From Dicyema japonicum (lineage: Eukaryota; Animalia; Dicyemida): DNA of 64,000 nucleotides. A program made the translations under genes and the position numbers. The DNA is taken from positions 1,422,657-1,486,656 of the forward strand of contig RDEW01000005.1 of the NCBI GenBank assembly GCA_011109175.1. Direction: 5' to 3'. A model generated the notes under the pieces. It was not told the DNA's origin and made no database searches. It was given only the letters and a program-made list of their open reading frames with translations. Positions 12,027 to 25,769 of the stretch are shown piece by piece. Positions within the stretch are counted from its first letter, which is position 1; each line of letters begins with the position of its first letter.

Positions 12027-15000
12027 ATGTTTGGGTTTAATGCAGAGTTCAGTACTCGATTACCTCGAAATTTTGACGACGCTAACCAAGTGGTTTGCAC
12101 TTTTTGATGAACTCTTTTTTAGGATCATAGACAGCAATTATTCAGCACGATACTGAGACATAGGGCGCTAAGACAGGTGTTTATGACCACTTTTATATCA
12201 TAGGAGGAACAGATGATTAAAATGGCTTCTAACAAAATAAATTCCGTTATTTTACGGAATCAGTTTAATCGTCAAAAGGTCAGACCATTATTTCACGTCA
12301 GAAAATCTTAATGCTGGAAGAATTTTTTCAAATTTTGGAGGAAAATTATCGTCAAAAAGACATTTACAGAGTGACTCTGCTTTTCTTTGGTTTCTACTGC
12401 GAGGAGACTCACAATGATATATTTGTATGATTTTTTCAATTTAAGAAATAGAAAATGTTTCACGTAGAGGTCTCGAAGAATGCAGGAATGTTTGTCTCCC
12501 AGGTGCTGTCCTCTGATTCCTTCCATTTGATTGGGAGGCTGATAATACTCGAACTGGATGCGTTTTCGAGGACTCAGATACCCGAATATTTGGAGTTGGT
12601 TCTGAATTTGACCAAACTTAATTTGTATTCTGCGTATCCGGAACAGTTTGTCTACATTTTGATGTTTTGCTTGGAAAGAGGTCAGATAATAATGGTATTG
12701 TAGGAATCCTCAGATCAGTCAACAGTATATTGGGGACAAATACATCATCTTCCGTTTTTCCGCGAATGTTCCAAATCGTAAAGACTTTTTTCTCCCCACA
12801 ACTCTGCAGTTTTCAATTCTTTTACCCTAGCCATCGTTCAGGAGGTGATGTATTATTTTGTGAGAGATCTGCTGAGTTCATTTAATCGAGGGATAGAACG
12901 CCTGCTGATTAGTATGATGAACGTGGGCTTGCTTGAGACCCACATTGAGAATTTGCATGCTGCATTTTCACGGGTTTTTGATGAATCTCCTGACGCAGAG
13001 ATCTACCAAAACTACAATTTGGCAGTCAAAATTTTTCTCAGTTCCATTGTCTTATAATTTTAGCTGGAAACATAAGTAAATTTAAAAGCTTCAAGAACTA
13101 TGCGGAGGCTCACGTGCCCATTCTGCTAAGACTCAATAAAATTTCGAAACAATCGGAGGGAGGAAGGTAGTCTTATCTATCCAAATATAAAGTCCGATAT
13201 CACGGAATTTCTGGTTTGCGTGAAATCTTTCCTTCGAATCTTGGATGTATTCTCAAATCTATTCAAAGTTGAGGATTTGAGTTTGTTTGCTACGATATTC
13301 TACATTATAAAACAGATTAATCAGGACATTGAGGTGAATCTTACCATCTTTGAAGACTCCAAGTTCACCAACTTTGTGACTATCATGGGAATTGAGCAAT
13401 TCCGTCAATACATGTTTTTGTTTTTCTCATTCAGATTTTCCAGCCTAGATATGAACCTCATAGATATGTACACCTGCGAGAATTCAAAGTTCATCTTAAT
13501 CTCCGGATTCGCCATCCGCGCTTATTTGAATACAAATCGGCTGGACTGCGATATACCTACTTGTTTGTGGGAGATATAATTTAGATCTTCTCAAAAGTCT
13601 GCTTGATTGGAGTAAGGCCGCTATCAAATACTATATCCTGTGCTCTCTGAACTCTCCAGATGGGGAGAGTCTGATGGATCAATTTGGGACGACCGTTGGC
13701 CGTGTCTTGCCGGCTCAGTTGGTAGTGAGGTTGATCATCCCAGCCGCTTTGTCTCCTCCTTGTCAGAGACGTCTACTTAAGAACGATCCGAATGCAGATC
13801 TGCTTCGATTGGTCCATGGATGATATTTTCACTAGTCAGGTATCCGATGAGATGATTTTCCAGGTTAGTATCTCCCGACCTCATCACTCACGCTATGTCT
13901 TGCCATTTCTGTGTACGCAAATTCAACAACATAAGTACTTTTAGTCACTTTTTCAGTGAACTATCCCCTCAGCTTTCTGCTTAATATGATCGCTCTAGCC
14001 CCTAAGATTTACCCACTCTCGCTGAGGATTTCTGTATTCCATATTATAGACTCTAGCTCTTGAAAATGTGCATCAACACACATGTGAATAGTTTTCGAAT
14101 CACAGTAAACCGTAACGACATGTATCAGCACGCATTCTCACTTTTTGTTGAAAGTTCTCTTTCTATTAAGTTTGCAGATAGACTGGCATTTTTTCAGCAA
14201 ATTCCTCTTATAGTATTCGTGAACGAGGCAGGAAGGCAGGAATATGGGGATGACCTGGGTGGCTTGACAAGAGAGTTCCTTCTTAACATTCTGGGATTTG
14301 CTTTCGGCCAGTCTTCTCCATTTTTTGTCGAGTCCATGGGATCTGACCTATCAATGTACCCGGATCCTTTCAAGTTTTACCCATTCACTTCTAAATTACC
14401 AATTCATTGGACTCCTGGCGGGCTGGGTTGGTGTTCTGCTGACTTTAGGCCATTTCTATGAATATTCCTGTGCATGGAGTAAGAATTTCTCCCGTCTTCT
14501 GGCAGCAGATAATATGTGAGTCGGAACCCTTGGGAATAGACTGGCTAAAGCTGATAGACCGTGATTTATATTGGTTTGGGATATCTTTATTGCAGGAATC
14601 TGGTCTCCCTTCGCTCAATCGAGGATGTAGAAAGTCTAAACCTCTATTTCACCATTTATATGGAGACCAACGATGGAATGATTCAGAGACTTCTGAAGAC
14701 AGACGGAGATGATGTATTGGTGACGAAGGACAACTTAGAGGAGTACATTAGGCTGTATGCCGAGTTCAAGTTGTTCAAATCTGTTTGTTACACGTGCACT
14801 GATTTTAAGTAGGTTTTCCGACAAATTTCTGCATTTCGAGAAGGATTTAAACAGGTCATTAAAGACAGTCACTTGAAAATGTTTGATGCGGAGGAATTGA
14901 AAACTATTTTTGGTGGGGATTCCAACGATTTCGATTTTGTAGATTTTAGGAAGAACACTATTTATGTAGGTTGGAATATGCTCTCTATTTTAGATGAATT

Positions 15001-15321
15001 TGATGAGAATTCTACTCCTATAAAATGGTTCTGGTCGATTTTTAATACTTTTTCGGACAAAGAAGCGAGAAATTTCCTCAAATTCTCTACTTCATACTCG
15101 TCTGCCCCACATGGGGGGTTTAAGGTTGACGAATTGTTGTTATTGTAGAATCTCTCTCCAAATTTTGTATTATGGTGCACATTTACTCAAGTGACATACA
15201 TCTACCGTCAGCCTCAACCTGTTATAATACGTTTTGTTTGCCACTTTATTCATCCCTCGAGATTATGCGGGAAAAATTGTATTATATTGTCAATGAAAAC
15301 ATTGGATTTGAGTTGTGCTAA
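12027..15321 (+). CDS. UBE3C: HECT E3 ubiquitin ligase, UBE3C-like, many mini-introns
   Basis: N-terminus [11 protein letters not shown] resembles UBE3C MFSFEGDFKTR. HECT motifs [46 protein letters not shown] (catalytic Cys). Ends GFELC*. Frameshift near 14370. Confidence 0.85.
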
Positions 15322-15399
15322 ATTTTTTCTTTTAATTTATTCTTAAATTTTCAATTATTTGTCTTATCATAAGGCTTTTAGTAATTTTTGAGTGAGATT

Positions 15400-15700
15400 T
15401 AAGTGACAAAGATGCTTTTCGGTTTTAATTCTGCTATTCAGTCCATCTGAAGATTCCATGCGTGCTTCTTGACTTGGCGAGTGATGCCATCATCAATGAT
15501 ACTGCAATACGATACCGGATTGTCTACATGACTCACGCAGCAAAAGAAAGAACATTCTTTGGCCCTTTATTAGTATAACCGTTCTTTATTCTATTGTGTT
15601 TCCCGCACATGTGAAGCTATAAGTACTATGGTTCTCGTCAAAGAGAAGCTTGGGTTTTCCTGATTTCCCCTTACCCAATATGTGGATACCCCACTGTTCC
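15400..15700 (-). pseudogene. Decayed ECM29/ECPAS-like gene fragment (copy A)
   Basis: TIRYRIAVSLMMASL with stops; DNA similarity to 33560-33720 (minus) and 45150-45330 (plus). Confidence 0.45.
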
Positions 15701-15898
15701 TGTGAGACATTGGAAGCTACTGCATTCCTCAAATGTTGTTGCCCAATCTAAAAACACAAAACTCAGTGGACTGGAGGATATTCCATTTGTTGCAGATAGG
15801 CTATTAAATGGCCAAAGAGTACGTTGACAAAGTTATGGTGGAGTCAATGATGAGATATCTTAAACAATTTGCTTACCTCTAAATACGATACTGTTAAC

Positions 15899-18200
15899 CT
15901 GGCAACTGCACTGGGAAGTCATTCGATTGCTGATCATCCGCCCTCATCGTCCAGGATCGAGAAAGACAAGTGAATAAGAAGGTCATGGTCGGGGACATTC
16001 GGGGTGCCCTGTGTACACTCTCCAGCAATGACAAGGTTCTTTCAACAACTAAAGAAACCCTTGAGCTCATCACCCAAAAACATCCACCCGCCCGTCGGAT
16101 CTACGCGAGACAGAAATTTGGAAAGATACACCACCACAGATGATATACGATCTTTTGCAGGAAGCAGCAGTGATGGCTTGGACGGCCTACGTTCGAGCCA
16201 TATGAATCACCTTATTTCTTCCACAACCTCCGAAATGGGGAACAACCTCATTAATTCAATAAAGACCTTTACAGACCGCATTCTTCGGGATGATATCTTC
16301 GACTATGCCAGAGGATTCCTTTTTGCATCCAAACTTTTTGCCTACAGAAATCCTTGTGTCGAGTTAAGACCCATAGCTATAAGGCAACGTATTCAGGCGC
16401 CTGACGGCGAAGATTGCTGCCAGAGCAGCGATAAGACTCTAAGTCCCCAACTGTGCTCTACTCAACCGGGGGTTGGAATTCCTCATGAATGCGAGGCAGT
16501 AATACACTCAATCAGGAACTTTGCTAACAGTCCGCCAGACACTACGAATGCTATAATAGTCAAACTGGACATACGCAATGCTTTCAATAGAATTCGCAGA
16601 GACAGAATCATAGAAACTTGCATCTCCAGGATACCGGAAATCAGCAGAACTGTAAAACTTGCATACTGCCTTTCATGTAAGCTGATATTCGAGAAACACA
16701 TCGTCCAATCCAAGACTGGAGTTCAACAAGGTGACCCCTTGGCTCTCTCTGCTCTTTGCTTTGGGTATCGACTGTGCAGCATCGACGATGCGAACTCAAT
16801 TGAACTTACGGTACCTGGACGACGCGACCGTCGGAGATAATTGTGAACTTGTGATGGCGGAAGTCGAGTTCGCCATCTCTGCACTTGTAGCACTTGGGTT
16901 GGAACTGAGCCCGTATAAATTTGAAACTATAAACGTTGCTTGCGGAGAGGAAGACTTCCGTCGTGCAGTGGCAGCAATTTCTACTTATCTCCGCGATGTC
17001 TCGGTCACCCAACTCGAAATGCAATTTTTCTCCTTTATACTGCAATAATGTGTCAGCTCTCCTGAAGGAAAAAAGTACATCACTTCAACAATTCACATCA
17101 AATTTACAAACCCTGGACTCCCACATGTCTTTATTCTTCCTCAGGCCTCGAATCCTTTTTCTCCTACGGACAGCCCCATGTTTCATGGACATGAACTTTT
17201 TAAGATACATCGACGAGAAGCTGAGGACTGTCGTTGAAGAAACGCTCAACATTTCCTTGCAAACTCTTAGTTATGGAGAATCGGAATACGTCACCAACTA
17301 TAACTCGCCCTCTTTGCCTTCCTTTCTCGACATATGCTTCCAGTGATCTCACGCCAGATCCTACATACATTAACGGAGGACGCTGAACCAGTGTATACAT
17401 GACTTGGGAAGTCTGGACGTGACTGGGTGTTGGATTCCCAAAGAACGTTAATAAACAACGAGAATAGGACAAGCTTTTATGCTCAAAGATCATAGAAGTG
17501 AGTAAACTTTTACTTGATCAGCATCGTCTGGCTTGTCTGACTTCTGCATCGACGAACGAGTTGAGTTTGGCTCAAACGCTTTACTATGTACCTCACTTGA
17601 GACACTATTGGATGACGACGCGACGAGGATTGGGTTTCCGTCCGCATCGGAATGGATTTTTGTACGACCCATCGGTGTAGATGTGGAGGAATGGTCGACG
17701 CGAAGGTCTTCAGCTCTTTCCTGCAGAAGGAGTGCTGGAAGGAGTCCTAGACTCGCCGCAACAAATGGATTCATTGCTTGGGGACTTGAGGCTGTCGGAT
17801 TTTCTGTCCAATTGGAGCCTCTTGTACTTGCTCAAGCCAATCGAAGATTGGACGGAACCAGTCTCTTCCTATGGGAGAATGATAAATACCTTGCTTGGGA
17901 CACCACCTGTGTCAATAGCCTCTCTCCCTCCAACTTTCAACGACATAAACTTGACCCAGGTTTTCTGCGGAGATGGCAGAGACTTAAAGATAAAAAATAC
18001 GCATGTCTTAAGAGGACAATTCATCTTCGAACCAGTGGCAGTTAAAACGACAGGAATCATTGGAAGCAAATCACTGAATCTGCTATACATAATCGGCTCA
18101 GAAGAAAAACGATAGGAAAGAAAGGAGCTGGCTCATTGAGCGCGTTTTATTGCAAATCGTCAGGGAAAAGCGTTTTCAATTTTGAGGGCAGCCAACAGTT
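15899..18200 (+). mobile_element. CRE-like RLE non-LTR retrotransposon, 5'-truncated and frameshifted
   Basis: DGLDGLR..H, LRPIAI, KLDIRNAFN, TGVQQGDPL, YLDDATVG, RLDG..W..KYLAWDTTCVNSL, FEPVAVKTTG, IANRQG. Possible TSD tgttaac (15892-15898 / 18200-18206). Confidence 0.9.
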
Positions 18201-18936
18201 GTTAACTGTCAGTTTTGCGTTTAAATAAAATTTGGATTTTTTAATGAAAAATGTAAGCCAATTTTAGTATGCATAACCTATTTATTGAATATAAAATAAT
18301 AATCCACGCTATAAAAATTTGTCACGTTAACCTAATGGCCCATAGCAGGATTTTTATCAATAATAACGAAGAGTACCAACTTCTAAAATCGATGATTTCA
18401 AGTTTAATTTTCCAAGGGTCGATCGGAGAACTCCTTATTATAAAAAAATGAATAGGAAGATGGGAGTGCATCGATCAAAATATGAATTAAACATTGGAGA
18501 TATTGTATTCAATTTATAATTTAAATTACTTGAAAGGTTCGTATTCAGAAAGACTAATCCTCCTTTGCGCCTACAAAAATTTGAACATCCATACAAAAAT
18601 CCTGTCGAAGCAAAATTGTCCAACAATTTTGTCAACGTTCAAAATAGTGACAAAGTCCCAGACGGCTTTAAAAATAGTTAACCATGATTAGTTTTTATCT
18701 TTGAAAACTGATTAATTTTATTTTTTGACATTAATTTGAGCTATCAAGGTAGCACCTTCGGCTCAAGGCATTATTATTCTAACAAAATAAAGGTTTCATA
18801 GCTCACCATTCCAAAAATCTCAATATTTAACCTTATCTAACCACTACTATGTTTATTTTCTACAACAATTATATAATACACAAATTAAGTATTTTACTAT
18901 TACAAATAAAAAACAACAGAATGCACAAATCGTAAT

Positions 18937-21900
18937 TTAAAAACCATATTCCTTTAAAAGTCCGTCAAAGTAATCCTGTAGCTTTGAAGCACAGTTACAA
19001 ATTTGCGGGGACCACTACAATATATTCACAAAAATACATTAAAATGAACAAATACTAGCTCAAAAAATCTATCAACAGAATCTACAAAATCCTGAACACT
19101 CATAATCTCATCATCGTCCAGCTTTCTCTCAATGACTTCAATATTGATCGCCTCAGACACATTTCCGCAATTAATTCCCGCCTAAAATTAAAAATACACA
19201 ACCAACACATAAATCGTTCGGCTTAATAAATGGCCAACACACTTGATGAGAACAAATCTTGCCTAGCAAACTCTGACAGAATTTCTACTCTAATCAGCAA
19301 ACCACACCTTCTCACTAGCAGTCATCTTCATCTCATTGGGTCTCTTCGGCTCCCCAATAGCCATATTACCAACCTCACAGTAACGACAGACAAAAAGTCC
19401 CCTAAAGGAATTAGACAAAGTACCTCGGACAGAATGGCAATGGTGGATCGTGGCATTCAAGGTGGTAAGCAAAATGACACTGTTTGCAAGTGACCAGATC
19501 CTCATCAGAATTGCATATGCAACAAAAATTCGGGGACAGTCCTTATTAACCAACGTCTACACATAAATATTCCCTTACTTTAATTTTAGGCCCTTGATAA
19601 TCCGGTTTCTATATTCCTGTAATCAAGTCATAAGCCACTAACCTGGCACTTCCTGCAGTTCCACACAACATCGAAATTAAAATAATACGCGGGAGGCTTT
19701 AAACACCCGGGATGACACGCGAAGTCACAGCCTTCGCAGACAAGGAGTCTCTTTTCGGGGTTCTTTGAGTAACAGTTCCGACAGAACTAAATATTTATAC
19801 ATCAAACCTTATTTTCCACCGATTTGTTCCACTTTATACAAGAGTCTAAGATACCCAACAGCACGTGAAATCTAGAACATGTTCCCGCCCTTTCCACGGC
19901 CACCTTCCATCTGCGAATCCGTGCCTTCTGTCTTGACGCCTTGTTGTCTGCCATCAAATAACGAAAAACCATTCACCGTGGGTTTCATCAAAATTCCGCG
20001 AGTAAACCGAGGAGTCAGGGAATCGTAAACATCAAGGAGGCATTGTCCCTAAACTAACAACAACATAACTACAAATCCCGAAATCTGAAGCACAACATAG
20101 CCTCAGCTTCCATTCCTCCAAGTCTGAGATATTCCCAAGCCACCCTAGCCTCATCTTAATCTCAGTCTCCATCAGGCACTGAAAACCTTAAAAACGAAGA
20201 GAACCTTCCTCAGAAACTCAAAAGAGTCAAAACCTGACTCTCCATACAAATTTGAGTCACAACTCAAGTCACGTATCATATTTATGCTCTCAATCAGACT
20301 ATCTCGGCACTGTTTATAGTTTTCGACCAAGCGACTCCCATTCTTACTTCCAAAAGCAGACATTATTCGGTTATCAATGATTTCAACGTCATTGCAGTAC
20401 AACCAACTTTCGTTAATCCCGACAATGTCCTCATAGTGCCTAGAAAATCAATATTATTCCAAAACCATCCATCCTTCGAAGAGTATCGCCAATTCGATTT
20501 CAACCTCTCAACGTAAACTCCGGCATTCACAAGCCCGTTTTCGAAAATCCAATACAACTCCCCCTTAAAGTCCACTCCTGTCGGTTCCAATCTGGCGAAG
20601 TGAGTCTAAGCCAGTTAAAGAAACACATACATTTTGGTTCTGTGAAATCACGAACTTTTGATTTTCCTTAAAATATCAAAAAAGTGAACCTTGACTCAAA
20701 TTTATCTTCCGTTATCAATGATGATTCAACAGGAAGAGTGTGGAACAAAAATTTGACTGAAGAACCATCTAAATACCTAGTCTCTCTCACATCGTCACAG
20801 TCCTGTCACCATATAACCATAAAAAACCTCGGATTTATCACAATTAAACATGGTTTGTCGAAAAAGATTAGACTGAACGATGAAATCTACGAGGACGTCG
20901 AAAACTATAAGTTTTTCATTCGGAGTTAAATAATAAAATTCCATAAACCGAAGCTTCTGAACAATCTATGTCTTATAATGTGAATCAACATTAAGAATAT
21001 CTCCAAGGGAATCATTGGTAAAAATAGCAATATCCGTCTTCACTCCAGCAACAAGAACGAGCCGAAACAGCTCACTTAACGTGTACTTATTAATAGGGAT
21101 TGACGATAGAGGAACTCCAACGTCTCGGTAGACCTTAAATAACCATATTAGCCTACATCACTGTGCGGGTCCTCAAAAAAAAACTTCATTAGCACAGAGG
21201 CCATTCTTATCAAGAGTAACTGATTCGCAGAATTCGGTCAAGCAGAGCCTCAATGAACTGATATGGGAATAAAATAGTAAGACACGTGTTAAAAGTTAAT
21301 AATAGATACCACAGGAAATAGTCTCATCTTCTTGGAGGTTCAAAAAACCGCGGAACATGAAGAAAAAATTGATAATTGTTAATATTTGATCAAACTCCTT
21401 GTAAGTATGCAGTCCAGGGAGATCGACTGATTCAAACCCGGAGTGTTTAGGCTCACTGCGGTTATAATTATTTTCAGAAAGCTAAGTCACATCAAAAATC
21501 AACCTAATTGTCCAGAAATGACTTTCAAAAAACAGAAACTTCTGGTTTCTTAGCTGATGATTGGAATTTAAATAGATCATAAATGATACCAGAAACGTGG
21601 GGATTTTTATCACTTTTCTGTGAACACATTCATTTATTAGCATTCTCAGTGACTGAATCATCCACAGCTCGGTTAAGTTGACAAAGTTACCTGATTTTTT
21701 TCGTTTTCTAGACTTACCAGAACTCCCCTGAGTCTCCTTTTTATTTGTATCAATCGATTTCTTCCTTTTGGTGACAGAACCGTCAGTTAAATCGTCTTCT
21801 TTAGACTTGGGACACTTTTTAGTGGTTCGAGTCTTCTTTTTTACTTGTTTTCTTATTGTGGAATTAACAGCTGCCCCTTCTGAGAAACTATGGTCCTGAA

Positions 21901-23140
21901 AATGATAATTTTCTGTGATTTTTACTGTGGAATTGGTTGGCGGATTCTGTGATAAGACTTGATTGTCTTCTAGACTTTCCTGGAGAATATAACTTCAGTT
22001 CCTCTGGTTTTCAGGAATTTCCAGTTTCACAACTATCGGTTTCTTCTAATGTCACAAAAGTGCCCGTTTCGTGACCCTCGGATTCTCCATTTTTCACAAC
22101 ATCTCCAGTTTCACGGATCTCAGCTTCCGAAACTTTTTCAGAATTCTTTGCTTCACGGCTATCGGCTTGTACGGTTTTCGCAGAATTACAGTTTTCAGAG
22201 CTCTCAGGTCTCGTAGCTAGTTCACAAAAGTCATCAACAATGGTGGTAATTTGCAGGAATGAGTCGTAAGAGCTTCCCTGTGATAAGCCATAAGCTTCAT
22301 CATCCACGTGACTATTATTCCTTGAAGATTTTGCTAGTGTGTCTACATTGTTTCTCAATGGAGATTCATTATTACCAAGTACTTCTGTAAAACATCCACA
22401 TGGGTTAAAGACTTGGTCACTAAATTTCTCGATTTGGGCATCCTTCAACAAAGAGCAATTCTCAACCCCCTCGGAAGGGTTCAAATACTCACATGTTTGT
22501 TTCTCCTCTAAAATATAATTCTCAGTCACCTTGGTTAATCAGAGAACCACAAAAACAGTTATCTGCCTCATTTACCACCCAATAGCCGAATTGTTGATCA
22601 AAGTGAGCGTTTGTTACAATAACTTCACAGGACATCATCTGACGTAGGAAACGGTGTAGATCGTCTAGTGATTAAGAGGCATGACCTGATAGCTGTGGAG
22701 GGAACGTGTGTTATAATTTTCTCTCCAAGCTCGATGTCGTGAAAAGTTTCTGCAAATTATTACCCAAAACCCCCAGTATCCTCCTTAAATCTTTTGATTA
22801 CGCAGCCAATCCTTGGATTTTTATAAAAATATTACATCTTATTTTTCTTACCGTGAAAAAACGTGATAGATACTCCCTCCCGGTAGTCATACTTGAGCTT
22901 TTTGATAATAACCTTACAGAGGTCGTCCACGTCATCAGATTTACCTGTTGGAATAATTATATTTTCAAACATTCGCCTACATATCTCAGAATTTCAAATT
23001 TGTCGGAATCGCACAGATACGTGTCTATTTCTTTATTTAGTTCCACTTCGTTGTTTTTTGGCCTAAATTTGCTAATTCTTCTGTTACAGTGAAATTTTGA
23101 GGGGGTCAACTAAACCAGTTTTATGGCCAGCATCCACCAT
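18937..23140 (-). CDS. BAZ1B: BAZ1B/WSTF-like chromatin-remodelling subunit: DDT, WHIM1-3, two PHD fingers, bromodomain; start uncertain
   Basis: EFDQILTIINFF (DDT), GVPLSSIPINKYTLSELFRLVL, EFYYLTPNEKL (WHIM1), LEPTGVDFKGELYWIF (WHIM2), SRFHVLLGILDSCIKWNKSVEN (WSTF-like), PHD1 CRNC..CEGC..CHPGC..WNCRKC, PHD2 CCIC..CKQC..YHLEC..FVCRYC, bromodomain WPFIKP. Stop at 18937. Confidence 0.85.
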
Positions 23141-23639
23141 GTAAATGATTCAAAGTTACGCGGATAATTTAAAATTTATTTTAATTTCCTCCTTTAATTA
23201 TTTAAATAATTATAAAACTTTATTTTTAGCAAAATTTTGGTAATTTACTGTTACGAACTTTGTTTCTAACAGTTTATTTATTCAACTTTTTTAAACCATA
23301 ACTTACTTTTATTTTCGTTTTCATTACTTGTTATATTTCGGAGATGAAATCATTATTGAGTGTTTGACAATCGATAATATTGACTATCCATTTTGTGGAG
23401 TCACTATTGAGAGTTTATAGAATAACTAATGAATCCAAGATATTTATGAATATAGTGAAGGAAATTTTCGAATGGGCAGAAGACCTGTGAATAGAGGAGA
23501 TATGTTTTAGATTAATTTTTGGGGTTTCTAAATCGTTTTTATTTGAGACAATTCGCCTTTGATGAGTAAATCCTTGATATTTTCAACAGACATTAGTGAT
23601 TTTAGTAATATAGTAAAGTGATATTCACGAATAGTATTC

Positions 23640-23915
23640 TGGCACATGCGGCCACATATTGAGAATTGCCAATTTTTGGAAGATCAACTGTATCATATAT
23701 GTTCGTAACATATATCCAGATTATCTACACAAGCAGTGGCGATTATTTTACAATTACCAACGACATATTTATGCGAGACAGGTTTTCTACGTTCATAATA
23801 TGAAATACAACAAACGGGAAAATTTGAAAAATATTGATACAGAAATGTCAGTGGCGTTGTCAACCCTTAGAGCAGATATTGATGATATATGTTAAAAAGA
23901 ATAATTAAGTGTATT
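23640..23915 (+). mobile_element. hAT transposase dimerization-domain remnant
   Basis: YP..LSTQAVAIILQLPTTYLCETGF..KRENLKNIDTEMSVALS (frameshifted). Confidence 0.8.
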
Positions 23916-23934
23916 TCATTTTTAAATTTATATT

Positions 23935-24290
23935 TGAAGCCTGGGAAACCTATTGTCTGGGACGTTACCAGCACCGACACATTTGCCTCTTGCAACATAC
24001 TCCAGAGTGCCTCTGGAACCTGTTCTGCCGCTGAGAAGGCCGAGAAGATGAAACGGGAAAAGTACGCGCTCCTGTCCAAGGATTTTTTTGTTTGTTCCAC
24101 TCACCATCGAGACGTCTGGTTCCCTTGGGCCTGCGACGCTGAGTCGTCTAGGGAATCGGATTGCTACACGAAAAGGAGACCCTCGTGAGCGCTGCTGGTT
24201 ATTTGAGCGAATCTCGTTCGTTATCCTGAGAGGGAATAGCCACACAGTCAGGCAGCTTCTATATAACCGTTTACTTTCTTTTCTTTCTTA
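23935..24290 (+). mobile_element. CRE-like RLE element 3' fragment
   Basis: GKPIVWDVTSTDTFA..AAEKAEKMKREKY..FVPLTIETSG..WLFERISFVILRGN. Confidence 0.9.
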
Positions 24291-24949
24291 AATAAATTCT
24301 TTTGTTTGTTTTTAGTAAATCATGATTACCAATTCTCGTCACATTCTCCAATTTATTGTTGTTGTCTTACATTAATTAAAATTTGCCTTTTAAATTACCA
24401 ATTTTTGTCCTCACTTTTACATATCCGAAAAAATTAATTTTTCTATTTTTCATGTTTGCCGTGGGATTATTTTTTTTAAGATTAGTGTGCCGCGAGAATT
24501 ATTTTCTGAAAACCTCTGTTCTTTATCCACTCTTTCGTTTCCTGCAAGTCGGTCTACTGTTCCAACACTTGATAGTGCTTATACTCCATTGTCTCAATGG
24601 AAATCGATTGGAAATTTAACTTTAATTTTGAGCTATTGAAAACATGGTTTCACATAATATCGGTATTTTGATATTGGGAGCAATTCTAAGCTATTATATG
24701 GTCATTTATGTTGATTTGGGCAATAATCAATGGCGGTCCTGGATTCGGTTTGACATCGCCGGAAATAGTAGTAATGCACGACACAATCCACGTCTCAATG
24801 AAGAAGGGATAGGGATTTTGCGGCTCTTTTTCACATAAATTGTGCAATGCCACCACATCGTAGGTGAGCGCTCGACACTTTTTATTTATATGGTCACTAT
24901 AATTAAAAACTTAATTTGTTATATTCTGTAATTATAACGGCTAATATCA

Positions 24950-25430
24950 AATCAGGAATACTATTGAGGCGCGACTCAGGGATCGCCTCCATTCATGGAC
25001 GTGGATAGTTTTCACTTCTTGAAGTAACTCATGACAGGCTGTTGAATTTCAACTCCCATGGGAAGCAAGTCTTCATCAAAGGTCTCCAGAAGATGTGATT
25101 GCACTTTTCAGAGGACCCTTTAAACTTGGTTGACTCTATTTCAACACTCACCAGCAAACCATCGAGCATGGCTCTGTTGCGTGGAGATTAGCGCTATTGG
25201 AACTATTCTCCACATACTCAATTCAACGAACAACCATTCGTACGTTGGGCCCTCATATTCAATCATCAGTCACTCCCCTACTCACGGAAGCTACGACCCG
25301 TAGTCGTGGATCTGGATTCCTTCGCGTCTGTAAAGAAGATATAAACCTGCTTCTCCTGTCGGTATCAAAGGCAAAAGAAAACGGATTGCTCCAAAGGTCC
25401 CCTTTCCAATCGGATTCTTCTGGATAAATA
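24950..25430 (+). mobile_element. CR1/L2-like LINE 3' fragment, decayed
   Basis: IEHGSVAW..SIQR..LPYS..LDSL pattern typical of the CR1/L2 C-terminal region. Confidence 0.55.
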
Positions 25431-25769
25431 AGAGAGTTTTGAACAATTAAAAATTTTATTAACAACAAGAAATTGGGATTTATAGGGTATATTATTATAT
25501 TCCTGTTCCTAGAGTTAGAAAATTCGTCAGATTCCCTCTCTTTTTATTAAGCAAGAGGTTCCAGGGATCCAAACAAACCGTTGAGCCCAAAAGTATAAGT
25601 AAATTTAGTTTAATTGCTCTTTAATTGCTCTATACGTAATTTTGGTGCAAAATAAATAAATGGCTACAATAGATTATTATTCATATTCCATTGAATATTG
25701 AAATGCATTAAAAGTGTTTTAATTGATTCGTTTGTGACAAATATAAAATAAAAAAAATATTGGGACTGA

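Noticed and set aside
24644-24838. 64-aa ORF with a hydrophobic N-terminus; the alternative frame WAIINGGPG resembles a HECT motif
   Set aside because: Too short, with no supporting exons or further motifs.
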